In this document: one piece after another, positions 51,185-61,137 of the stretch
Layout of the letters: each line of letters begins with the position of its first letter
How positions within the stretch are numbered: position 1 is the first letter of the stretch
From: Flavobacterium sp.
GTDB taxonomy: Bacteria; Bacteroidota; Bacteroidia; Flavobacteriales; Flavobacteriaceae
Direction of reading: 5' to 3'
DNA length: 64,000 nt
NCBI GenBank assembly: GCA_014379405.1
Contig: JACMLU010000029.1
Span: 30,409-94,408, forward strand
Translations under genes and position numbers: made by a program
The notes under the pieces: model-generated
What the model saw: only the letters and a program-made list of their open reading frames with translations
Told to the model about the DNA's origin: nothing
Database searches by the model: none

Positions 51185-51992
51185 CTCTTTTTTGTTGGTT
51201 TTTATAAACAATTGACGAAATAAATATGCTGGCTTCATAGATTAATAACATCGGGATGGCTACAATCAATTGGCTTACTACGTCTGGAGGAGTTACAATT
51301 GCGGCTACTATCAGGATGATTATTACGGCATATTTCCAAGATTGTCTTAAAAATTTTGGAGTAACCAAACCTAATTTTGTCAAAAAGTAGATGATTATCG
51401 GTAATTCAAAAAACAATCCACAGGCAATAACCGATGTTTTTATCATTCCAATATAAGAATCAATGTTAAATTGATTCTCCACCACATCACTGACCTTGAA
51501 GGTGGCAAAGAAATTAATAGACATTGGCACGATGACAAAATAGCCAAAAAGCACCCCTAAAAAGAACAAAAGACTAGCAATAAAAATAAAGAGTTTGGCA
51601 TGTTTCCGCTCGTTTTCATACAAGGCTGGGCTGATAAAATTCCATAATTGCAATAAGATATAAGGGAATGCCAGTATAAAACCAGCAGTTATACACGTCC
51701 AAACCAATATGTTGACCTGTCCCTCTACATTGGTGTTTTGGATAATAAAAGGCATTTCGCTAACGCAAATACTATCGGCAAAGCCCAATTGGTGGGATAA
51801 ATCACAAAAAAATCGATAAGTTATAAAATCAGGGCTTTTTGGCCCAAAAATGATGACGTCAAAAATGTAATCACTCACAAAAAAAGCAACAGCGGCAAAA
51901 ATCAATATGGCTGATGTACTTCTTACTAACAACCATCGTAATTCCTCGAGATGGTCTAAAAATGACATTTCTTTAAGTTCCTTCTTTTCCAT
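51168..51992 (-). CDS. tatC: Twin-arginine translocase subunit TatC
   Basis: FLDHLEELR, FISPAL, FELP, TPPD. Confidence 0.96.
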   Translation of the reverse strand: MEKKELKEMSFLDHLEELRWLLVRSTSAILIFAAVAFFVSDYIFDVIIFGPKSPDFITYRFFCDLSHQLGFADSICVSEMPFIIQNTNVEGQVNILVWTCITAGFILAFPYILLQLWNFISPALYENERKHAKLFIFIASLLFFLGVLFGYFVIVPMSINFFATFKVSDVVENQFNIDSYIGMIKTSVIACGLFFELPIIIYFLTKLGLVTPKFLRQSWKYAVIIILIVAAIVTPPDVVSQLIVAIPMLLIYEASIFISSIVYKNQQKRDGQLS

Positions 51993-52957
51993 TATATGAT
52001 TCCCTCTTTTAAAATGTCATGTAAATGCAACACGCCTTTGTATTCTCCATCGTCAACGACTATCAATTGCGTGATGGAAAAATCCTCCAGAATATTCAGT
52101 GCATCTACCACCATAGTCGTGGATTGTATCATTTTAGGTTTTTTTGTCATTATGTCTTTGGCAGACAAATGAGTAAAAGTGTCGTTATTGTTCAGCATTC
52201 TTCGAAGATCTCCATCAGTAATGATTCCGATTACTTTTTCGTTTTCAACAACAGCGGTAACTCCCAAGCGTTTTTCGGATATTTCGAAAATTACTTTTTT
52301 AATAGGAGCATCGGATTCAACCATTGGTTTCAAAGAGTTTTCAAGCATATCTTTCACTCGAAGCAATAATTTTTTACCCAATGCGCCACCAGGATGGTAT
52401 TTGGCAAAATCCTCGCTGGTAAAATTTCGCAAGTGCATCAAACAAACGGCAAGTGCATCTCCCATAACAAGTTGAGCTGTGGTGCTATTGGTTGGTGCTA
52501 GATTGTTTGGACAGGCTTCGGCATCAACTGTTGTATTCAGAACATATTTGGATTCTTTTGCCAAGAAAGAAGTCATATTTCCGGTCATACCGATTAATTG
52601 ATTTCCGAAATTTTTCAATAAAGGAATGAGTGCTTTTATTTCGGGACTGTTGCCACTTTTTGAAATACAGAGGACAATATCGTCTGTTTGTACCATACCT
52701 AAATCCCCATGAATAGCCTCGGTGGCGTGCAAAAAGATAGATGGAGTTCCTGTTGAATTGAACGTGGCTACCATTTTTTGGGCTATAATCGCACTTTTTC
52801 CAATACCTGTAACAATCAATCTTCCTTTTGAATTAAAAATAATTTGTGTAGCATCTGCGAAGTTAACATCAATGTAATCAATTAGTTTTGCGATGGACTC
52901 ACTCTCGGAAAGAATGGTGTTTTTTGCTGAAATTAGTATATTTTCCTTTGTGTCCAA
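51992..52957 (-). CDS. KpsF/GutQ-family arabinose-5-phosphate isomerase
   Basis: GIGKS, HGDLG, PTNSTT, HPGGALG, CBS pair; start probably TTG 52957. Confidence 0.92.
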   Translation of the reverse strand: MDTKENILISAKNTILSESESIAKLIDYIDVNFADATQIIFNSKGRLIVTGIGKSAIIAQKMVATFNSTGTPSIFLHATEAIHGDLGMVQTDDIVLCISKSGNSPEIKALIPLLKNFGNQLIGMTGNMTSFLAKESKYVLNTTVDAEACPNNLAPTNSTTAQLVMGDALAVCLMHLRNFTSEDFAKYHPGGALGKKLLLRVKDMLENSLKPMVESDAPIKKVIFEISEKRLGVTAVVENEKVIGIITDGDLRRMLNNNDTFTHLSAKDIMTKKPKMIQSTTMVVDALNILEDFSITQLIVVDDGEYKGVLHLHDILKEGII

Positions 52958-53043
52958 AATAGAATTTTTATAAAAATTTGTATGTATAAAAGAAATTAGT
53001 ATCTTTAGTGGTGCAAATTTAGATAAAATACCATTAATAAAGA

Positions 53044-55239
53044 ATGAATTCAAACGAAATTGATATCCACAAAGAATTAAAGAAGTATTTCGGCTTTAAC
53101 CAATTCAAAGGGTTACAAGAGCAGGTCATAAAAAGTATTCTCAACACTGAAAATACTTTCGTAATTATGCCAACGGGTGGTGGTAAATCACTTTGTTACC
53201 AATTACCCGCCTTGATTCAAGGTGGAACAGCTATTGTTGTTTCTCCACTGATTGCTTTGATGAAAAATCAAGTTGATGCCATTCGAAGTTTGTCTTCAGA
53301 AAATGGAATTGCTCATGTGCTTAACTCTTCGCTGACTAAAACGGAGATTGCCCAAGTCAAAAAAGATATTACCTCTGGTTTGACAAAACTATTGTATGTA
53401 GCCCCAGAATCCTTGACAAAAGAAGAATATTTGAATTTTCTTCAAACGGTGCCGATTTCTTTTGTTGCCATCGATGAAGCGCATTGCATCTCGGAATGGG
53501 GACATGATTTCAGACCAGAATATCGAAATTTGAAAGGGATTATCAAGCAGTTGGGAGATGTTTCAATTATAGGTCTTACGGCGACAGCCACACCAAAAGT
53601 GCAGGAAGATATCCTCAAGAATTTGGATATGTCAGATGCAACAACCTATAAAGCTTCGTTCAACAGGCCTAATTTGTATTACGAAGTACGTACGAAAACT
53701 AAAAATATTGAATCGGATATTATTCGTTTTATCAAACAACATAAAGGCAAATCAGGAATTATTTATTGCTTAAGTCGCAAAAAAGTGGAAGCCATTGCTG
53801 AAGTTTTACAGGTAAACGGAATTAGTGCAGTACCTTATCATGCAGGATTAGATGCCAAAACACGTGCTAAACATCAAGATATGTTCCTTATGGAAGACGT
53901 GGATGTGGTGGTGGCGACAATTGCTTTTGGAATGGGAATCGATAAACCCGATGTTCGTTTTGTAATTCATCATGATATTCCAAAATCTTTGGAAAGTTAT
54001 TATCAAGAAACAGGTCGTGCAGGTCGCGATGGTGGAGAAGGGCATTGTCTTGCTTATTATTCGTATAAAGATGTAGAAAAACTGGAGAAATTCTTGTCTG
54101 GGAAACCTGTTGCCGAACAGGAAATTGGTTTCGCTTTATTGCAGGAAGTAGTGGCTTATGCCGAAACATCTATGTCGAGAAGGAAATTTCTTTTGCATTA
54201 TTTTGGTGAAGAATTCGATAACGAAACTGGAGACGGTGGCGATATGGACGACAATGTTCGCAATCCAAAAGTCAAGATTGAAGCCAAAGACCAAGTTGTC
54301 AAATTACTTGAAGTAGTGCGCGATACCAAGCATATCTATAAATCAAAAGAAGTGGTCTTCACTTTGATTGGTCGCGTCAACGCAGTGATAAAAGCGCATA
54401 GAACTGATGTTCAGCCTTTTTTCGGATCGGGTGTTGATCATGATGACAAATATTGGATGGCATTGTTGCGCCAAGTATTGGTAGATGGATTATTATCCAA
54501 AGATATTGAAACCTACGGTATCGTTAAAATTACCAAGAAAGGATTGGATTTTATCAAAAAACCACAATCTTTTATGATGTCCGAAGATCATGAATACAAT
54601 GAATCTGAAGATGAAGCTATCGTTACCGCTGCAAAATCAACTGGAGTTGCCGATGAGGTTTTGATGGGAATGCTGCGTGACTTGCGTAAAAAAGTTGCCA
54701 AAAAATTAGGTGTTCCTCCTTTTGTGGTTTTTCAAGATCCTTCACTTGAAGATATGGCCTTGAAATATCCAATTTCTATGGATGAGTTAATCAATACACA
54801 CGGAGTTGGAGAAGGAAAAGCAAAAAAATACGGCAAAGAATTTATAGCATTAATTAGTCAATACGTGGATGACAATGACATTGTTCGTCCAGATGATTTG
54901 GTAGTAAAATCTACAGGAGCCAATTCTATCAATAAATTATACATTATCCAAAATATTGACAGGAAATTGCCGCTTAGCGATATTGCATCTGCAAAAGGTT
55001 TGACGATGGAAGCCTTGATTACAGAAATGGAACAAATTGTGAATTCTGGAACCAAACTGAATATAAAGTATTGGATTGATGAAATGCTGGACGACGATCA
55101 GCAGGAAGAAATTCACGACTATTTTATGGAATCAAATTCTGATAATATTGAGGTAGCACTCCGGGAATTTGAAGGAGATTATGATATTGATGAATTGCGC
55201 TTGATGCGAATTAAATTTATCAGCGAAGTAGCAAATTAA
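53044..55239 (+). CDS. recQ: ATP-dependent DNA helicase RecQ
   Basis: MPTGGGKSLCYQ, DEAHCISEWGHDFRPEY, QETGRAGRDG, HRDC. Confidence 0.96.
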   Translation: MNSNEIDIHKELKKYFGFNQFKGLQEQVIKSILNTENTFVIMPTGGGKSLCYQLPALIQGGTAIVVSPLIALMKNQVDAIRSLSSENGIAHVLNSSLTKTEIAQVKKDITSGLTKLLYVAPESLTKEEYLNFLQTVPISFVAIDEAHCISEWGHDFRPEYRNLKGIIKQLGDVSIIGLTATATPKVQEDILKNLDMSDATTYKASFNRPNLYYEVRTKTKNIESDIIRFIKQHKGKSGIIYCLSRKKVEAIAEVLQVNGISAVPYHAGLDAKTRAKHQDMFLMEDVDVVVATIAFGMGIDKPDVRFVIHHDIPKSLESYYQETGRAGRDGGEGHCLAYYSYKDVEKLEKFLSGKPVAEQEIGFALLQEVVAYAETSMSRRKFLLHYFGEEFDNETGDGGDMDDNVRNPKVKIEAKDQVVKLLEVVRDTKHIYKSKEVVFTLIGRVNAVIKAHRTDVQPFFGSGVDHDDKYWMALLRQVLVDGLLSKDIETYGIVKITKKGLDFIKKPQSFMMSEDHEYNESEDEAIVTAAKSTGVADEVLMGMLRDLRKKVAKKLGVPPFVVFQDPSLEDMALKYPISMDELINTHGVGEGKAKKYGKEFIALISQYVDDNDIVRPDDLVVKSTGANSINKLYIIQNIDRKLPLSDIASAKGLTMEALITEMEQIVNSGTKLNIKYWIDEMLDDDQQEEIHDYFMESNSDNIEVALREFEGDYDIDELRLMRIKFISEVAN

Positions 55240-55242
55240 AGA

Positions 55243-55303
55243 AGTTTACAGTCGCAGTGTTTAGTCTCAGTAGAACTGAAAACTGCGACTGAATACTGTT
55301 ACT
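55243..55303. repeat. Inverted CAGT/ACTG 6-7-mer array
   Basis: agtttac agtcgc agtgttt agtctc agt ... actgaaa actgcg actgaat actgtt act; same units as 1407-1460. Confidence 0.8.
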
Positions 55304-55535
55304 AAAAAACCTCCCCTCGATGCGGTTTCAAGGCATCTCGAACTTGAATCATCGTTTCATCTGTAACCACCATAAAAGCAGTAGCGTACATTTCGTTTAC
55401 CACTTTAAAACCAGTAATATTGGGTGATAATTTTTCGGCTGCAATATATTCCTTTAAATGAATTTCGTGATGTTCGGCTGTTTTTGCCGAAGCAGGGCCA
55501 CGAAAATCCCAGATTAGTTTTATTTGTCGAGACAT
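55302..55535 (-). CDS. Small conserved hypothetical protein
   Basis: 77-aa ORF (KLIWDFRGP..HH..HL; LKPHRG) filling the gap between genes. Confidence 0.7.
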   Translation of the reverse strand: MSRQIKLIWDFRGPASAKTAEHHEIHLKEYIAAEKLSPNITGFKVVNEMYATAFMVVTDETMIQVRDALKPHRGEVF

Positions 55536-55693
55536 TTTAAATGTTTTTAGAATGTAAAGTTACAAAGTCTAATTTAAAAAAAGTCCAATTTCAAAATTTG
55601 AAAATGGATTTTGTAATCAATAAGTAAAGTTCGTTTCAAAGTACTATTTTTGCATTTCGTTATTGGATTCAAATAACTCAATCAACTGCAACA

Positions 55694-57256
55694 ATGCCAC
55701 AAGAACTTCTCTTTCAAGTATCGCCAGAAATAGCCACAAACGAATTGTTGCTCAAACAACATATTTCCAAATTAATTCGGGTTGATGCCAAAGAAATAAA
55801 ACACATTTCTATTCTAAAACGTTCGATTGATGCACGACAAAAAGCCGTGAAATTCAATTTGAAAGTAACTGTTTATTTGGTTGGTGAACTTGTTCAGGAA
55901 GCCAAAATAGAATTACCAGAATATAAAAATGTAGAAAACGCTCAAGAAGTTATCGTTGTGGGTGCTGGTCCTGCGGGATTATTCGCTGCTTTGCAATTGA
56001 TAGAATTGGGCTTAAAGCCAATACTTATAGAACGTGGAAAAGACGTTCGAGGAAGAAGAAGAGATTTGAAAGCCATCAACAGGGATCATATTGTCGATGA
56101 AGATTCCAATTATTGTTTTGGCGAAGGTGGAGCAGGAACTTATTCGGACGGAAAATTATACACCCGTTCCAAAAAGCGTGGCGACGTGACCCGAATCTTG
56201 GAATTATTTGTGGCTTATGGAGCTTCACACGATATTTTGGTCGATGCCCATCCACATATTGGAACCAATAAATTACCACAAATCATTCAGGATATGCGGA
56301 AGAAAATAATCGAAATGGGAGGAAAAGTCCTTTTCGAAACTCGATTGACCGATATCATCATAAAAAATAATGAAGTGCAAGGTATTGTTACCAAAAATGG
56401 CGACACAATTCTTGCCAACAAAATAATCTTGGCCACTGGACATTCTGCCCGAGATATTTTTGAATTATTAGACAGAAAACAAATTTTTATCGAAGCCAAA
56501 GCTTTTGCCTTAGGCGTTCGAGCCGAACATCCACAATCCTTGATTGACAGCATTCAGTACAGTTGTGATTATCGTGGAGAATATTTACCACCATCGCCAT
56601 ATTCTATTGTGAAGCAAGTAGGAGGAAGGGGAATGTATTCTTTTTGTATGTGTCCCGGTGGCGTGATTGCGCCTTGTGCGACAAGTCCGGGCGAAGTGGT
56701 TACGAATGGATGGTCTCCATCCAAAAGAGATCAGGCCACTGCCAATTCAGGAATAGTTATCGAATTGAAACTCGAAGATTTCAAGCCTTTTGCCAAATTT
56801 GGCGCTTTGGCTGGGATGGAATTCCAAAAAAGCATCGAGCAAAAAGCTTGGCATTTGGCAGGAGAAACCCAAAAAGTTCCAGCCCAGAAAATGGTCGATT
56901 TTACACAAAACAAAATATCTACCAACATCCCAAAAACGTCTTATGTTCCCGGAACCACTTCGGTGGAAATGGGCGAAGTTTTTCCAGGATTTCTTACCCA
57001 AATATTACGGGAAGGTTTTGTTGAATTTGGTAAATCAATGCGTGGTTTTTTGACCAACGAAGCCGTTATTCACGCGCCAGAATCCAGAACATCATCGCCA
57101 GTGCGAATTCCCAGAGATGCAGAAACATTGGAACACCTTCAAATTAAAGGATTGTATCCTTGTGGTGAAGGTGCAGGTTATGCTGGTGGGATTATCTCGG
57201 CAGCAATTGATGGCGAAAAATGTGCGCTGAAGATTGGGGAGGTTTTGAAGAAATAG
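55694..57256 (+). CDS. NAD(P)/FAD-dependent oxidoreductase
   Basis: GAGPAG, GEGGAGTYSDGKL, FCMCPGG, GEGAGYAGGI.SAA.DG. Confidence 0.9.
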   Translation: MPQELLFQVSPEIATNELLLKQHISKLIRVDAKEIKHISILKRSIDARQKAVKFNLKVTVYLVGELVQEAKIELPEYKNVENAQEVIVVGAGPAGLFAALQLIELGLKPILIERGKDVRGRRRDLKAINRDHIVDEDSNYCFGEGGAGTYSDGKLYTRSKKRGDVTRILELFVAYGASHDILVDAHPHIGTNKLPQIIQDMRKKIIEMGGKVLFETRLTDIIIKNNEVQGIVTKNGDTILANKIILATGHSARDIFELLDRKQIFIEAKAFALGVRAEHPQSLIDSIQYSCDYRGEYLPPSPYSIVKQVGGRGMYSFCMCPGGVIAPCATSPGEVVTNGWSPSKRDQATANSGIVIELKLEDFKPFAKFGALAGMEFQKSIEQKAWHLAGETQKVPAQKMVDFTQNKISTNIPKTSYVPGTTSVEMGEVFPGFLTQILREGFVEFGKSMRGFLTNEAVIHAPESRTSSPVRIPRDAETLEHLQIKGLYPCGEGAGYAGGIISAAIDGEKCALKIGEVLKK

Positions 57257-57260
57257 GTTT

Positions 57261-57395
57261 TAATGTTCTGTTACTACAGCGGGTTTGGGACTAAATTAAG
57301 CCCTATTCTCGGATTTGCCAAATCTCCCAAATACAAAACCAACTTTCCAATAAGCCAATTGCCCAAATCCGTTGTAGCTGTTATGTGCAGTAATT
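57261..57395 (-). mobile_element. attC-like imperfect palindrome downstream of the HEPN gene
   Basis: Minus strand GCACATAAC ... CTACAACGGATTTGGG / CCCAAACCCGCTGTAG ... ACATTA; 16-bp stem with two G.T pairs on the plus strand. Confidence 0.7.
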
Positions 57396-58583
57396 ATTTT
57401 GAATGTTTTGGGAGGTTATCATTCCATTTCAAAACTTGATAAGTTGCTTTATATAAGAAGGTGTTCATTTGAGACAAATCCTCAGTTTTACATTCAAACG
57501 AATCAGGTGTATAGTTTGATTTAGCGTGAACAATACTATTTCGTGTACTATATAATATTTTACCTAACGATTGAGAAATAGATTCAATCTTATCAATTGA
57601 TAAGTTGTAATCAACAGTATTGCTATTTATACCAATATTTTTACATATTAATTTTCTGGTATTTTCTGGCAACAAGTCAAACAAATCTATAATATCTATT
57701 CCAGTAGACAAGACCGTTTTGGCTAGTTCACTATCGGATTTAGATTTTCTTAATGATTCTGAAATATCTATAATAGTATCTAGATCACTTGATTTTGTGT
57801 TTTTATATTTAATTGAATCTAATTTTTTTACTAAAACCTCATACGCTTTTAGCTTTGCTACCTTTGGTGAGAAATATTCAATAATTTTATAATAGTATAA
57901 AAACTTGATTTCGTCATCCGAAGTTGATTGTGCTTTTAGATAAAACTCAATGGCTTCACTATAATTGGGTAATTCGGATATATTAATTGTAGAGCTTGGA
58001 TTTTCTAAATTTTCTTCTTCCTCTTCCTCTTCCTCATACCCATAATAATCAGAATCAAAATCGTGTAGTTCAGAGATTTCAATTATCATATTGGTGGCTT
58101 GATTAAATTCAAGAATAAAGCTCTTTAATAGTTTAGTAGCTTCATCTATTGACATCTCTGCCTTTGATTTTTTTAGAATTTCAATACCATAATATGTTGT
58201 CAAAGGAGATGCATATTTAGAATAAAGATTAAGTTTGACGTTAGCAATGCCAATTAGCAAAGGTTTTGTTAAAATTGTAATCTTAAAATTTTCATTTTCA
58301 AAGTTAAAATTTAATTTTTCGAATAGAATTTCTAAAGAATCATTTAGAAAGAATGGGAATTGAATTTTATATTTTGTTCTTGCAAAATTTTTATTCATTT
58401 CCAGATACTGTATTTCGTTTGCAAATTCTATAAGTTCTTCATCGGAAATTTCATAATGTTCAATTTCTCTTGGAAAATCGAATACAAAATTTTCATTTCA
58501 TCTTCTTGAAATACATCAATTGAAATGTCATTATTATCAAAATATTCTAAAATTTTATCAACTGATTCTTTTATAGATTTCAT
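57394..58583 (-). pseudogene. Frameshifted HEPN-domain (ApeA/MauJ-like) protein in a gene cassette
   Basis: ATG 58583 MKSIKESV..; shift near 58497 into the frame of the 334-aa ORF; C-terminal RNSIVH (RxxxxH) motif; AT-rich. Confidence 0.7.
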
Positions 58584-58595
58584 TGTATGTATAGG

Positions 58596-58680
58596 AATTA
58601 TTGCACATAACTTGTAGATTGGTCTGATAAAACTACCACTATCCACCTTAAACTAGGTAGCTTTGTCTGATAAAAGTAGT
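58596..58680 (-). mobile_element. attI-like site / cassette 5' junction
   Basis: GTTATGTGCAATAATT (58611-58596) is complementary to 57380-57395 at 15/16; direct repeats GTCTGATAAAA at 58622 and 58665; internal IR 58626-58637/58656-58667. Confidence 0.55.
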
Positions 58681-58695
58681 GTTTATCTCTATTTA

Positions 58696-58726
58696 CAAAC
58701 CTAATGATTTTACTTCCTAAAAGCAA
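58696..58726 (-). promoter_or_regulatory. Bacteroidota sigma-A promoter driving the cassette (Pc analogue)
   Basis: Minus-strand TTG (58726-58724), 20-nt spacer, TAGGTTTG (58703-58696). Confidence 0.6.
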
Positions 58727-58844
58727 TCATTTCCAAAGAAACAGAAATATAATTTTCTAGTGAAAATACTAATGTTAAATAAAATCCTAAATCCCAATTC
58801 CTAAATCTTAAATAAATTATCTTTGCGCACTGAAAAAAGTCCTT

Positions 58845-59975
58845 ATGAAGTTTGATTTATTACAAAAAGATCCACATACCAAAGCCAGAGCAGGAAGTAT
58901 AACTACTGATCACGGCGTGATTGAAACCCCTATTTTTATGCCTGTTGGAACGGTTGCCTCGGTAAAAGGAGTGCACCAACGCGAATTGAAAGAAGAAATA
59001 AACCCGGATATTATCCTCGGGAATACCTATCATTTATACTTGCGTCCACAAACCCAAATTCTCGAAAAAGCGGGTGGTTTGCATAAATTTATGAATTGGG
59101 ACAGAAATATTTTGACCGATTCTGGAGGTTACCAAGTGTATTCGCTTTCGGCCAACAGAAAAATCAAGGAAGAAGGCGTAAAATTTAAATCGCATATCGA
59201 CGGATCCTATCATTTTTTCACACCCGAAAATGTGATGGAAATTCAACGAACCATTGGTGCCGACATCATTATGGCTTTCGACGAATGTACTCCTTATCCA
59301 TGCGATTATCGTTATGCCCAAAAGTCGATGAAAATGACACACCGTTGGTTGGACAGATGCATCAACCATTTAGAAAAAGTGCCAACAAAATATGGTTACG
59401 ACCAAACTTTTTTCCCGATTGTTCAAGGTAGTACCTACAAAGATTTGCGCCAACAATCAGCAGAATATATTGCGAATTCAGGTCAACAAGGGAACGCCAT
59501 CGGTGGACTTTCGGTAGGAGAACCAGCCGAGGAAATGTATGCGATGACCGAAATAGTTTGTGAAATTCTTCCAGAAGACAAACCAAGATATTTGATGGGC
59601 GTTGGAACTCCAATCAATATTTTGGAGAATATTGCCCTAGGAATTGATATGTTCGACTGTGTTATGCCAACACGAAACGCCCGAAACGGAATGTTGTTTA
59701 CTGCAAATGGAACCATCAACATCAAAAACAAAAAATGGGAAGATGATTTTTCGCCAGTAGACGAAATGGGACACACTTTTGTGGACACGGAATACACGAA
59801 AGCGTATTTGCGTCACTTGTTTGCCGCCAATGAGTACCTTGGAAAACAAATTGCCACAATACATAATCTTGGGTTTTATATGTGGTTGGTTCGTGAAGCC
59901 AGAAAACATATCTTAGCAGGAGATTTTAGAACTTGGAAAGATATGATGGTTCGCAATATGAGCCAGAGACTTTAA
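58845..59975 (+). CDS. tgt: tRNA-guanine(34) transglycosylase
   Basis: TPIFMPVGT, NTYHL, TDSGGYQV, GGLSVGE, DMFDCV.PTRNAR. Confidence 0.97.
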   Translation: MKFDLLQKDPHTKARAGSITTDHGVIETPIFMPVGTVASVKGVHQRELKEEINPDIILGNTYHLYLRPQTQILEKAGGLHKFMNWDRNILTDSGGYQVYSLSANRKIKEEGVKFKSHIDGSYHFFTPENVMEIQRTIGADIIMAFDECTPYPCDYRYAQKSMKMTHRWLDRCINHLEKVPTKYGYDQTFFPIVQGSTYKDLRQQSAEYIANSGQQGNAIGGLSVGEPAEEMYAMTEIVCEILPEDKPRYLMGVGTPINILENIALGIDMFDCVMPTRNARNGMLFTANGTINIKNKKWEDDFSPVDEMGHTFVDTEYTKAYLRHLFAANEYLGKQIATIHNLGFYMWLVREARKHILAGDFRTWKDMMVRNMSQRL

Positions 59976-59978
59976 AAT

Positions 59979-60042
59979 AATTATGAATTATGAGTTAGCT
60001 TGTAGCGCATAATTTATAACTCATAATTCATAACTCATAAAT
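59979..60042. repeat. Inverted AATTATG/CATAATT heptamer array
   Basis: aattatg aattatg agttag ... cataatt tataact cataatt cataact cataa. Confidence 0.8.
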
Positions 60043-60048
60043 TAAAAT

Positions 60049-61137
60049 ATGTTAACGATAATAGACAAATATATTCTAAAGAAATACCTATCCACTTTTG
60101 CGGTGATGTTGGCTTTGTTTGCACCTATTGGGATTATCATTGATGTTTCGGAGAAGGTGAATAAAATGATAGAAAACAAAATTCCGCTTACGGAAATTTT
60201 GATTTATTATTATCATTTTACCATCTATTTCATGAATCTTTTGTTTCCGATATTTTTGTTCTTGTCTGTAATTTGGTTCACGTCTAAATTGGCCAATAAT
60301 ACCGAAATCATTGCCATATTAAGTTCCGGAATATCATTTACGCGATTTTTGAGGCCTTACATAATTGGTGCTTCCATTATTTCGGTTTTTGTGTTGCTGA
60401 TGGGATTTTTTATTGTGCCAAAAGCCAGCGAAGGATTCAATAATTTCAGGTATACCTATTTAAGAGGTGATGGAAAACAGGCTATGAGAGGGGACAATAC
60501 GGATGTTTACCGTCAAATTAGCGATAACGAATTTATCTATGTCAATAGTTTTAATACAGAAACTAAAACGGCCTACAATTTTAGTTACGAAAGGTTTAAA
60601 AAAGATAAATTAGAGTTTAAAATTACGGCCAGCAGGATACAATGGAATCCGAAAACCAAGAATTATTCGATGTATGATTATGTTAAAAGAACTGTGGGCG
60701 AGTTAGGAGACAAAATCGAAAAGGTTGATAAAAAAGATGCAAAATTCAGTTTTGATTTAGCGGATTTAACCCCCGTAGTTTATATCGCCGAAACTTTAAC
60801 TTTAGGAGAACTGAACCGATTTATTGAAAAAGAAAAAAAGAGAGGTTCCTCCAATATCAATGTGTATATGGTGGTTTTATATAAAAAATTCAGCATTCCA
60901 GTTTCGGCATTTATTTTGACCATTATTGCCGTTGCAGTTTCGGCAATGAAACGAAGAGGAGGAATGGGATTGAGTTTGGCCATAGGAATTGGTCTTGCTT
61001 TTGCTTTTGTGTTTTTCGACAAAATATTTGGCACCTTGGCCGAAAAGTCGACTTTCCCTCCTTTTTTGGCAGTTTGGTTTCCTAATATTGTTTTCGGGAT
61101 TTTAGCAATTTATTTACTGCGCAATGCAAAAAGGTAA
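60049..61137 (+). CDS. LptF/LptG-family permease
   Basis: IDKYILK, NTEIIAILSSGIS, WFPNI. Confidence 0.9.
   Translation: MLTIIDKYILKKYLSTFAVMLALFAPIGIIIDVSEKVNKMIENKIPLTEILIYYYHFTIYFMNLLFPIFLFLSVIWFTSKLANNTEIIAILSSGISFTRFLRPYIIGASIISVFVLLMGFFIVPKASEGFNNFRYTYLRGDGKQAMRGDNTDVYRQISDNEFIYVNSFNTETKTAYNFSYERFKKDKLEFKITASRIQWNPKTKNYSMYDYVKRTVGELGDKIEKVDKKDAKFSFDLADLTPVVYIAETLTLGELNRFIEKEKKRGSSNINVYMVVLYKKFSIPVSAFILTIIAVAVSAMKRRGGMGLSLAIGIGLAFAFVFFDKIFGTLAEKSTFPPFLAVWFPNIVFGILAIYLLRNAKR

Noticed and set aside
58480-58500. Programmed -1 frameshift at AAATTTT in the HEPN gene
   Set aside because: The heptamer is not phased as X XXY YYZ in the upstream reading frame; a simple indel is more parsimonious.
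57380-58611. Invertible segment or IS with 16-bp terminal IRs
   Set aside because: No transposase, invertase or target duplication. The IR plus downstream hairpin fits cassette geometry better, though inversion is not strictly excluded.
58584-58646. N-terminal 21 aa of the 72-aa ORF (MDSGSF...)
   Set aside because: It runs through the att-like site; ATG 58583 is the more plausible start.
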